Part shown: piece by piece, positions 48,650 to 56,059 of the stretch
How positions within the stretch are numbered: the stretch's first letter is position 1
Layout of the letters: each line of letters opens with the position of its first letter
Virus record (IMG/VR): IMGVR_UViG_3300033146_004156
Span: 1 to 56,059 of that record
Length of the DNA stretch: 56,059 bases
Direction: 5' to 3' (one strand)
From: a virus
Lineage: Duplodnaviria; Caudoviricetes
Program-made: the position numbers and the translations under genes
The notes under the pieces: generated by a model
What the model was told of the DNA's origin: nothing
Database searches by the model: none
The model's input: the letters and a program-made list of their open reading frames with translations, nothing else

Positions 48650-48823
48650 TCATTTATTTAGTATACTAGATAATATATTAATAATATTTTTTGACCTAAA
48701 ACAATTTGGATATTCAATATGAAATTCATTAAATTCCTCTAATATCTTCTCTACTTCTTCTAAATCTTCCAAATCTACTTCTAAGTATTTATCAGTTAAA
48801 ATTGTTATTTTAGTTAAGATGAT
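48650..48823 (-). other. 57-codon open frame with no AUG, in frame after the gp14 stop
   Basis: IILTKITILTDKYLEVDLEDLEEVEKILEEFNEFHIEYPNCFRSKNIINILSSILNK*; an AGGA lies 6 nt before an ATC. Confidence 0.4.
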
Positions 48824-49615
48824 TTATCCTAGAGAACCAAATACTGAATCAGTACTTGAGATTGTTTGACCTTCGACATCTTGGTCAACTTTAGTATCTT
48901 CTAAAGCATCGAAATATTTATCTAAGTCCTCGAAACTTTCTTCATAAGCATCTGTAGGACCAGTTTCTTGATAATCAATTTTAGGTGCTTGTGATGGATC
49001 TTGAGGTAAGTTCTGAGGTTTAGTACTTAAATCATCTTTCTTATCTTTGTCATATTCCATTTCATTTTGTTGACTATTATAGTAAACAGTAGTTGTAAAT
49101 GTATATACAGAGTTATCGTCAGCATAAGTAAAAAGATTATTCATCCCTTCAGTTTGCTGAGACACATCTGTAATTTCTAAGATTGTACCAGATGGTAAAA
49201 CAAGTAATCCATTTAAGAATAAAGTATATACGTTAGCTAAATGCTCTCTTCCAGTAATTGGCGGGTTTATACCATTTTGAATATCTCTTTCAACTTCTTC
49301 TTTAACTTCAAGCAATATGTCTTCTAATGATTTTCTAGATACGAAGAATGTTATACTTCGCTTGTTGTTTAATCCCCATAAGTTCCAATCCATCGAGCCT
49401 TCAAATCCTGCTGAGTCTTCTGGGAGCATATATAACTTTTTACTATTTCCTTCTTTCATTTTAAGATGACTGAAATCTTTTAGAACTGGGTCAATATTCA
49501 TGCGTTCAGTTAGCAAAAAATCTACCTGTACCCCATACATATTGATAACTTCAACTATATGGTTTTCGGCTAATTGATACTCGTTTTTCCCATTACGATT
49601 AAGATTAAAACCCAT
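48824..49615 (-). CDS. gp14: Neck (head completion) protein
   Basis: EYQLAENHIVEVINMYGVQVDFL, ITFFVSRKS, and an acidic C-terminus ending DSVFGSLG; late promoter at 49634-49641. Confidence 0.8.
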   Translation of the reverse strand: MGFNLNRNGKNEYQLAENHIVEVINMYGVQVDFLLTERMNIDPVLKDFSHLKMKEGNSKKLYMLPEDSAGFEGSMDWNLWGLNNKRSITFFVSRKSLEDILLEVKEEVERDIQNGINPPITGREHLANVYTLFLNGLLVLPSGTILEITDVSQQTEGMNNLFTYADDNSVYTFTTTVYYNSQQNEMEYDKDKKDDLSTKPQNLPQDPSQAPKIDYQETGPTDAYEESFEDLDKYFDALEDTKVDQDVEGQTISSTDSVFGSLG

Positions 49616-49732
49616 ATTTTTCCTTTATTATAATATTTATAAATAAACATACTGAATGGTATATAGGGTCTACATCAATAGAAAAAATATTGCGAAGATA
49701 TTGAATATATGCAGTGGTTAAATAATATTTAA

Positions 49733-49975
49733 TTATTCACCCTTTGCAACTTTCATTTGTTGTTTTTGTTCTTCCTCTTTACGAGCTATTTCTTCTTCCA
49801 TATCTTTTTCAGTACGGAATTTTTTAGCTATAGAATTTTTTTCTAATGTTACTTTTTGAAGCTTTCTATCTTTTTCTTTTTGTTCGTGCTGCTCTTGCTT
49901 AACAATTTCGGCAGATTTTCTCATCTCTTCATTTTCTTCTTCAGCAGTTTTACTTAAAAACATTTCTAAAAACAT
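49733..49975 (-). CDS. Small charged coiled-coil protein
   Basis: AAGGAG RBS; MFLEMFL N-terminus. Confidence 0.7.
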   Translation of the reverse strand: MFLEMFLSKTAEEENEEMRKSAEIVKQEQHEQKEKDRKLQKVTLEKNSIAKKFRTEKDMEEEIARKEEEQKQQMKVAKGE

Positions 49976-50001
49976 ATATGCTCCTTTATTTAATCTCTAG
50001 T

Positions 50002-50022
50002 GAACACTCAAAAAGAGTGTTC
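50002..50022. terminator. Intergenic hairpin (terminator or processing site)
   Basis: GAACACTC-AAAAA-GAGTGTTC immediately downstream of 50030..50440; no clear U-tract. Confidence 0.5.
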
Positions 50023-50029
50023 TAAGGAA

Positions 50030-50440
50030 TTAAGAAATTATAAATTCTACAGAAGATGTTTTACCACCAAGTACTGCAAAGATTGAAGTTGTTCCAGCAC
50101 TTACACCAGTAACTATACCATCAGTATCAACCGTAGCTACAGCCTCATTAGTAGATATATATGAAGGTAAACTTGCATCAGTACTATCAGATGCATCTCC
50201 AATATCAGAGTATTTAATTAATACTGTTAATTGTTCTGTAGCAGTTCCAGTAATTGTACCAGTTCCAGTAATTGTAAAATATTTTACAATTAATGCACCG
50301 GCAGCAACAACCGCAGCAAGTTCATAAGGGTCAGTATGAACAATATCATATTGGCCAATATCTTTATCATATTCATTTAATGTTTCATTAACACCTGCAT
50401 GTAGTTCTGCAACTGCTTGAATTTGTTCTGTAGTTGCCAT
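50030..50440 (-). CDS. Ig-like (Big_2) domain virion decoration protein
   Basis: STNEAVATVDTDGIVTGVSAGTTSIFA is a Big_2 signature; N-terminus MATTEQIQAVAELH. Confidence 0.8.
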   Translation of the reverse strand: MATTEQIQAVAELHAGVNETLNEYDKDIGQYDIVHTDPYELAAVVAAGALIVKYFTITGTGTITGTATEQLTVLIKYSDIGDASDSTDASLPSYISTNEAVATVDTDGIVTGVSAGTTSIFAVLGGKTSSVEFIIS

Positions 50441-50441
50441 A

Positions 50442-50687
50442 TTAAGCTCCTATACTTTTGTGAAATATTGCTAATTTTGCTTTCTTAAGAGCAAATACTT
50501 CGTCTTCAGTTAATTTAGTTTTTTTAGTCTCAACTTCTTTAGTCTCAACTTCTTTAGTCTCAACTTCTTTAGTCTCAACTTCTTTAGTCTCAACTTCTTT
50601 AGTCTCAACTTCTTTAGTCTCAACTTCTTTAGTCTCTTTTATAAAAGAAGAAACTAAGTCTTCTAGTATTTTTTTCTTTTTAGCCAT
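50442..50687 (-). CDS. Low-complexity protein with (KEVET)x7
   Basis: ORF with an AAGGA RBS. Confidence 0.75.
   Translation of the reverse strand: MAKKKKILEDLVSSFIKETKEVETKEVETKEVETKEVETKEVETKEVETKEVETKKTKLTEDEVFALKKAKLAIFHKSIGA
50523..50636. repeat. Perfect 15-nt coding minisatellite TTTAGTCTCAACTTC, 7 copies plus a partial
   Basis: Identical units with no synonymous variation. Confidence 0.97.
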
Positions 50688-50710
50688 TATATTATCCTTT
50701 AATTAACGAA

Positions 50711-50947
50711 TTAACCGTTTGAGTCTGTTTTACCAGCATAATATAATTCATACGGGTCTCCACCAGCAATAGTATTTGGATCAAGTGCACCAGCATTATC
50801 TGTACCTAAATTACCGTTACTAGTTTGTGCCGCATATCCACCTTCGCTATATTCTGTATTTACATCAGCTGAAGCTGTAGCTCTATCTGATTTAGTTTCG
50901 GCCTCATGTAATGTTTTTACTACATCTATTTGTGCTGTTGCTGCCAT
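50711..50947 (-). CDS. Small late protein, paralog of the N-terminus of 50030..50440
   Basis: MAATAQIDVVKTLHEA and DPYEL are shared; late promoter at 50975-50982. Confidence 0.75.
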   Translation of the reverse strand: MAATAQIDVVKTLHEAETKSDRATASADVNTEYSEGGYAAQTSNGNLGTDNAGALDPNTIAGGDPYELYYAGKTDSNG

Positions 50948-50993
50948 TTTAAATTCCTTAGTTTTTATTTACTTTATTTATAAAAGTAAATTA

Positions 50994-51404
50994 TTAAGAA
51001 TTTAAAGCTCTTAACCTTGCAAGTTCTTTACGACCACCAGCAACATCAAATGGATTTTTAGGGTCTAATTTAGAACCTTTTTCAAATCCAGGTAATTCTA
51101 AAATAGGAACATCATTAATTGGTGTTTCAGTATCTAATTCTAATTCTTGTGAAGGCGTTTCATCATCGTCCACCAAATCTTCGGGTTCGTCAACGGTAGG
51201 AAGTACATTATCGTCTTCAGTTTCAACAGGTTCTTGAATTTCATCTAGTACCCCTTCGTCTTCAGCACTTCCTGTAGCTTCATCCAATTCGTCGATAAGA
51301 ATATCTCCAGCATCGAAAGCTTCTCCGACAACTTCTTCTGAAGTTTCAACTTGCGTTTCAAGTTCAGGTTCTTCATTTTCTACCTTTTTCTTATGTTTAG
51401 CCAT
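50994..51404 (-). CDS. Highly acidic, probably disordered protein
   Basis: MAKHKKK, then a long D/E-rich tract and a basic C-terminal helix; AAGGAG RBS. Confidence 0.75.
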   Translation of the reverse strand: MAKHKKKVENEEPELETQVETSEEVVGEAFDAGDILIDELDEATGSAEDEGVLDEIQEPVETEDDNVLPTVDEPEDLVDDDETPSQELELDTETPINDVPILELPGFEKGSKLDPKNPFDVAGGRKELARLRALNS

Positions 51405-51420
51405 TTAAGCTCCTTTATAT

Positions 51421-51475
51421 ATTATACTTCTTTAACATTAAACTAATATTAAACTAATATTAAACTAATATTAAA
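51421..51475 (-). promoter_or_regulatory. Early-type promoter whose TTTAA box is tandemly amplified (11-nt unit TTTAATATTAG x3)
   Basis: TTTAA at 51471, 51460, 51449 and 51438, then N11-TATAAT. Confidence 0.7.
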
Positions 51476-51485
51476 TTATTAAATT

Positions 51486-52295
51486 TTACTTTATACCTAG
51501 TTTTTTCTCGTAATATTCAATAGCATCAGAAGCTCTTTCGGCTAAAACATCAACCGAAGGTTTAACTTTAACATCATACGTACTCTTTAATAAACGTTGA
51601 TGTAATGGACTTGAAGCCCTATATGCGTCTCTTGACATTAAAGCATCTACAATTTCAAAATCATATCCGATAATTTCATTATATGCTTGGGTTTCTTTAT
51701 AACGCATAGCTATAATTTCTTTTTTATATTTAGTAATAACTTTCTTAGCTATATCAAAATAATCTATAATTAATTTTTGTCTTTCTTTACCATTAATGTA
51801 ATCAAAGCTATCCATTATTTCATAACGAGATTCGTTAAATAAAGGGTATTTCTTAGTCATTAATTTTCTCATATCTGTAGATATTTTAGTAAACAATACA
51901 GCTATATCATGGTCTAAAATTTGGTTTTGTTTAACCCAACGTCTACCATGAGAATCTGGAACAGTCCAAATATCTTCATTAGCATCAATAGAAAATCTGC
52001 CTTTTAATACAAATGTTAGCGGCATATCGGCATTATCAATATCCATTGCTCCACTAGAAAATATTTCATTATTATTCCATTTAGTGAAACAAGATACACC
52101 TTTTTTAGTGCCTTGTAATTTTTTAAGTCTTTCAATATTTGTATATACAGTTGTGTGTAAGTAAATGGCTTCAGGATTGTTAAAAACATCTTCAAACATT
52201 TTAGGAGACAAAGGTAAATCGAAATTTATAATATTCTCTATAATTTTTTTTGAACTATCGTTTTTCTCTGTTATAAATTCGCTTTTAAATGTCAT
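51486..52295 (-). CDS. Late hypothetical protein, likely an internal head protein
   Basis: MTFKSEFITE N-terminus; late promoter at 52311-52318. Confidence 0.7.
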   Translation of the reverse strand: MTFKSEFITEKNDSSKKIIENIINFDLPLSPKMFEDVFNNPEAIYLHTTVYTNIERLKKLQGTKKGVSCFTKWNNNEIFSSGAMDIDNADMPLTFVLKGRFSIDANEDIWTVPDSHGRRWVKQNQILDHDIAVLFTKISTDMRKLMTKKYPLFNESRYEIMDSFDYINGKERQKLIIDYFDIAKKVITKYKKEIIAMRYKETQAYNEIIGYDFEIVDALMSRDAYRASSPLHQRLLKSTYDVKVKPSVDVLAERASDAIEYYEKKLGIK

Positions 52296-52322
52296 TGTAT
52301 TCCTTTTTCTTATTTATATAAA

Positions 52323-54218
52323 TTAGCTGTATTGACTCATATTATTTAGTTCTCTTAATGATGTGAATTTTTCATCTTCATCAAATGTATTATTAATTTT
52401 ATCCATCATAGCTTCTCTTGAATTTTCATATTCAGAGTTTCCATCACTGAATCCACCAACATCAAGTAACGAATAATAATCAGCTGTTTCAACACCCTCA
52501 TCGTCTTCAATATCGATTCTTAGGGCTTTAAGAAAAAGGTGGTGGTCGTCCATAACTTTTATATGTGTAAATGGTGCAAGTGAAATTGCCAATGACATAA
52601 CCATATCATCTTTTGAACCATCACTTGCCACATATTTACCATTTTCATTTAGTTCAAAAGTTAATAATTCTTCTATTGTAACTTTATCATTAATAATTAA
52701 TTTACCTTCTTCTATAAAAGCTTTCATTAAACTTAAAATTAATGGACGTGTTTTTTGTGTTGTTCTAAACCCATGCCTTTTACTATACCCTTTATTATTG
52801 GTATCTCTTTCTCTAAACAAATTAGGATATTCATATGTATACCATAGTGTATCAACTATCGATGTACCAATACCATCATTAACTTCAACTGTTATAAATG
52901 CTTCATTATAATAATTACCAAGTTCTGATAAATGCTCGCCCATTATCATGTAATCTACTTGTAAAGCCCCGGTGGCAACTTGTACAAATGGAAATTTTGT
53001 TATATCCATTACTTGAATACCAAAATTATCTATTCCATCACCTGATGGGTCAACACCAATTGCATAATTATGCCCTTGTTTTACTTCTTCATAAATATTA
53101 ATTTTATGAAATATCTCAGGTATATTAAGTTTCTTTGAAGTTGTTAAATTCTTTAATACCTCGCCATCGATTAATGTTGTACTTGAACCTAAAAATAAAT
53201 TTTCTTCTGTGCTTTTAAAGAATTTTTCGCCATATTTTTTAACAGTAATAGCACGATATTCTTCGGGAGTAAGTAATATGCCATCTTTATTATATCTAGG
53301 TACCTCTTTCCAACTATTTTCTACTAAATTATACCCATTGGTCCCGGCTTTCGCACCTGTTACCAAATGTGCCCAAAAATTTAAACCTTTAGCCGTACTA
53401 GTCATTATTACTTGTTTAGTTATTAAAGATGCCATGGTAGGAAATACTGAATCCTGAAAAGCATCCCATTCTTTTTTATTATAATAAGCGACCTCATCTA
53501 AATATAAAAGAGATATACTAAAACCACGAAATGCATCACCGTGAGGGCGAGATGTCATTATACGTGTGCCATTTTCGAACTCAATACTTCTAGTGTTCCA
53601 TGAGTCCATATTTGGAGCCAACCATATAGGTAATTCTACTAATATTTTTTTAATTTTATCAAGAACTTCTGCAGCAGTGCTTTCCCTATTTCCAACTATT
53701 CCAGTATTAAATGGGTCTTTTCTAGACATACTATTCCATAAAATATAGTTTGCGCTCCCCACTGTTTTTCCTGACTGACGCGAAAAACTTACACATAAAT
53801 CTTGCCCCGTTAAAAAAGCATCATCTAATTTTAATTGATAATCTCGGGGTTCACCACGTTGAACACCATTTCTTGTTAGAATAAAAGAATATAATCGTTT
53901 AAAATATCTATAATCATTATATACTTTTTCAATTTCTATCTCGTGTAAAATATTTAAATCTAATTCAGTGCCTATCGAACGCAGTGTACCAATTCCATTA
54001 TAACTTATTCTTTTGTTATATTTATCATGATAATAACCACTTTTTTTCTTAAATGAAAGTAATTTTAACAATCCGTCGTGCTCGGCAAAAGTCCAGTCTT
54101 TGGTATTTTTCACAAATTTAAGAAAAGTAATACTCTCTAATAATTCTGGTAATATTTGTTGTATGGTTTCATCATCCATTTTAGCAATATTATGGAGTAG
54201 TTTTTTAAATTTATTCAT
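52323..54218 (-). CDS. gp17: Terminase large subunit
   Basis: PRDYQ, SRQSGKT (Walker A), LYLDEVAY (Walker B), TSTAKGLN, GVDPS and DDMVMSLA nuclease motifs. Likely start MNKFKK at 54218 overlaps the upstream stop. Confidence 0.95.
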   Translation of the reverse strand: MNKFKKLLHNIAKMDDETIQQILPELLESITFLKFVKNTKDWTFAEHDGLLKLLSFKKKSGYYHDKYNKRISYNGIGTLRSIGTELDLNILHEIEIEKVYNDYRYFKRLYSFILTRNGVQRGEPRDYQLKLDDAFLTGQDLCVSFSRQSGKTVGSANYILWNSMSRKDPFNTGIVGNRESTAAEVLDKIKKILVELPIWLAPNMDSWNTRSIEFENGTRIMTSRPHGDAFRGFSISLLYLDEVAYYNKKEWDAFQDSVFPTMASLITKQVIMTSTAKGLNFWAHLVTGAKAGTNGYNLVENSWKEVPRYNKDGILLTPEEYRAITVKKYGEKFFKSTEENLFLGSSTTLIDGEVLKNLTTSKKLNIPEIFHKINIYEEVKQGHNYAIGVDPSGDGIDNFGIQVMDITKFPFVQVATGALQVDYMIMGEHLSELGNYYNEAFITVEVNDGIGTSIVDTLWYTYEYPNLFRERDTNNKGYSKRHGFRTTQKTRPLILSLMKAFIEEGKLIINDKVTIEELLTFELNENGKYVASDGSKDDMVMSLAISLAPFTHIKVMDDHHLFLKALRIDIEDDEGVETADYYSLLDVGGFSDGNSEYENSREAMMDKINNTFDEDEKFTSLRELNNMSQYS

Positions 54219-54885
54219 TAATAATCCTAGCATACCAATTAACAAATTTTATATTGCCATTATTTTCTAATTGTATTTTATTACACTTTAATTTTGGTAC
54301 ATCATATATTTTAATACTATGTTTATATGATTTAATTATTCGATGATATGGTAAACTATTTTCTTTACATATTAATATTAAATTGCCATGTGATTTATAT
54401 TTTAATTCGCCATTATTATCATAAATAAATATTTTTAATGCTCTGGGATTTTTATTACCGCTCACATCTGGGGCTGTATCTTTATTTTTTTGTATTCTTT
54501 CTTCTGAATGTTTTTTACCAGTCAATGCCAATGATATATTATTTTTATGCTTTTCAGATAAATTTAAGCCTTTGTTTGAATAATAAAACCCTTTAGAAGT
54601 CTGATTGGACTTATTTAAAAATACAGGGTTATTTCTAACATTTAGCCTATTATGATATTTGGCTTCAAATATATTAGCATATTGTCTATCATTTAAATTT
54701 TGGTATATTATTTTATAATTATAATCTTTGGGATTGTTTTTTTGGTCTTGAATAAAAAGTTTATTTGAAGAAGAAGAAAAATAATTAGTGCCAATATCAC
54801 CAAGTGGTGAAATTTTGCTACTTCTTGAACCTACATAGTAAAATTTTGTTTTCTTGTTTGTTATTCTATATACATAATGAAACAT
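54211..54885 (-). mobile_element. Free-standing GIY-YIG (Seg-like) homing endonuclease gene
   Basis: HYVYRITNKKTKFYYVGSRSS, YFSSS, FLNKS, and NUMOD3-like LSEKHK/GKKHSEE repeats. Confidence 0.88.
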
Positions 54886-54904
54886 TATATATCCTTATAA
54901 ATTG

Positions 54905-54988
54905 AATTATAAGAGGAGTTTCCAGACCCAAATTAATTATGTAGAAGGAGTCTGGAAAAGCTTCTACATAATTAAGTCTCTTATAATT
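54905..54988 (-). ncRNA. Candidate structured RNA (nested stems plus pseudoknot) in the endonuclease/terminase leader
   Basis: 11-bp outer stem 54905-15/54978-88; perfect 15-bp stem 54933-47/54961-75; loop 54948-58 complementary to 54919-29. Confidence 0.6.
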
Positions 54989-54996
54989 TATTTATA
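54989..54996 (-). promoter_or_regulatory. Late promoter TATAAATA for GIY-YIG and gp17
   Basis: Exact consensus abutting the structured element. Confidence 0.7.
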
Positions 54997-55031
54997 TTTT
55001 AGGATTTTAGGATTTTAGGATTTTAGGATTT
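54997..55031. repeat. TTTTAGGA x4 tandem repeat over the stop codon of 55023..55205
   Basis: Units at 54997, 55005, 55013 and 55021. Confidence 0.95.
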
Positions 55032-55205
55032 AAACCCGTCACCCGCAGTTTTTAACCCATACGATGTATAAACTCTCGACATTTCATGTTGACAAACTTC
55101 GCAGAATTCTTCTCTTGAAGATTCCATCATTGGTTTACTAACAGTAACCTCTTTATTACACTCATCGCATTCACCTTGAACACATTTATATACGTATATT
55201 GCCAT
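55023..55205 (-). CDS. FmdB-family zinc-ribbon protein
   Basis: MAIYVYKC...C...EEFCEVC..EMSRVY...GDGF. Confidence 0.8.
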   Translation of the reverse strand: MAIYVYKCVQGECDECNKEVTVSKPMMESSREEFCEVCQHEMSRVYTSYGLKTAGDGFKS

Positions 55206-55255
55206 TATACTCCACCTTCTCCGTCTAATTTATTATCGTTATTTTCCCATTTCAT
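55205..55255 (-). CDS. 16-aa micro-ORF translationally coupled to the FmdB-like gene
   Basis: AGGAGGT RBS; MKWENNDNKLDGEGGV*; its TAA overlaps the next ATG (TAATG). Confidence 0.5.
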   Translation of the reverse strand: MKWENNDNKLDGEGGV

Positions 55256-55281
55256 CTTTTTACCTCCTACAGTAATTGTTT

Positions 55282-56019
55282 TTAATCGTTCCAGTAACCT
55301 GAAGTTCTACCTTCGATTTCTGTTTTGTGTTTTTTTCCATCCCACTCAAAAGTAGCGATAGTAATTGGTGTGTCCATTGAAGCACCTTGATAAGAAGTCC
55401 AGCTTTTAGAAGATGTTTCTTCTTCTATCTCATAATGGAATTTATAAGTATCAGTAAAAATAATTGAATCTAAATCACCTTTTAAAGCAATCTGGATTGC
55501 CCAACCAATAGCTTTTGAAGATTCTGGAGCTGACTCTCTTGCTTCTTCTGCAAAATTATCTTTAACCATTTCAACGAATTTTTTAGATTTGTACATCTTT
55601 TTAATTTTGTCTTCATACTCTTCAATAAAAGCAGCAACATCATCTTTATTAAGGTTTTTATTCTTAGCAAGATATTTAGCATCATAAATGTCCATCTTAC
55701 GACCTTTTACAACTCTTGCAACAGCTCTACCGAAACTTCCAACATTGCCCATCTTTTTTGCTTGTGCAAGTGTAATTAGTTCAAATGTTTTCTGAGGTAC
55801 AGAAGCTCTTGCTAAAAGATTTTCATATTCATCCCAGTACATAGAACCTGGTCTAAGTCTACTACGAAGTTTTTTACCTTTTTCTTGGTCTTCAAGTTTC
55901 TTTTGAAAACCTTTAAGTTTTTTAATCTCTGAGTCTGTTAGAGGTTTATCAAGTGGTTTAAGTGCTGAACTTTTACCTCTTGGTCTTTTAACTGCTTCTG
56001 TAAACATTTCTTTAAACAT
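55282..56019 (-). CDS. Late hypothetical basic protein, likely an internal head protein
   Basis: MFKEMFTE N-terminus; AAGGA RBS; late promoter at 56039-56046. Confidence 0.7.
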   Translation of the reverse strand: MFKEMFTEAVKRPRGKSSALKPLDKPLTDSEIKKLKGFQKKLEDQEKGKKLRSRLRPGSMYWDEYENLLARASVPQKTFELITLAQAKKMGNVGSFGRAVARVVKGRKMDIYDAKYLAKNKNLNKDDVAAFIEEYEDKIKKMYKSKKFVEMVKDNFAEEARESAPESSKAIGWAIQIALKGDLDSIIFTDTYKFHYEIEEETSSKSWTSYQGASMDTPITIATFEWDGKKHKTEIEGRTSGYWND

Positions 56020-56059
56020 ATTATTCCTTTTATTGTATTATTTATATTATCTCTTATAC

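Noticed and set aside
50523-50636. CRISPR-like array
   Set aside because: The repeats are head-to-tail with no spacers and encode an in-frame peptide repeat.
52323-54996. Group I intron or intein in the terminase gene
   Set aside because: gp17 motifs are contiguous in one ORF, no upstream exon is evident, and the structured element is too short and lacks recognisable P7 core motifs.
445-55685. Numerous short overlapping ORFs from the track (e.g. 445, 2243, 6438, 9657, 17371, 18460, 33180, 38928, 43926, 53209, 55482)
   Set aside because: These are antisense or off-frame shadows of well-supported genes, with I/L/S/F-rich composition and no RBS.
1-56059. tRNA or rRNA genes
   Set aside because: No cloverleaf or T-loop (GTTCGAATC-like) context was seen in the short intergenic regions; a tRNAscan run would be needed to be certain.

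Overview
Very AT-rich segment of a large T4-like myophage genome covering late-transcription, baseplate, tail, neck and packaging genes. The host is probably a Campylobacterota bacterium, inferred from nine sigma70-type promoters with 11-bp-periodic TTTAA boxes instead of a -35 box. Recognisable T4 homologues are gp33, gp49, gp55, gp3, gp7-like, gp6, gp25, gp5, gp27-like, gp53, gp48, a tape-measure-like protein, two gp26/51-like genes, four gp19/54-family genes, gp18, gp15, gp14, a probable gp16 and gp17. Many TATAAATA late promoters are present. There are four selfish elements: two Hef-like endonucleases, a GIY-YIG endonuclease and a LAGLIDADG intein in a P-loop kinase. The most unusual feature is a 12-kb tandem duplication of a four-gene cassette (ABCD-ABCD, 31084-42988). 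Its small conserved scaffolds carry about 14 LamG/ConA lectin-like modules, plugged in at variable positions, with near-identical DNA ends but divergent cores. This suggests a combinatorial, recombination-shuffled glycan-binding appendage. Also notable are a nested stem/pseudoknot element upstream of the GIY-YIG-terminase pair, a multibranch structured gp18 leader, T4-style RBS-occluding hairpins, multi-foldon fibre proteins and several shared terminal peptide motifs. All calls come from reading the sequence by eye; no searches or folding programs were run.
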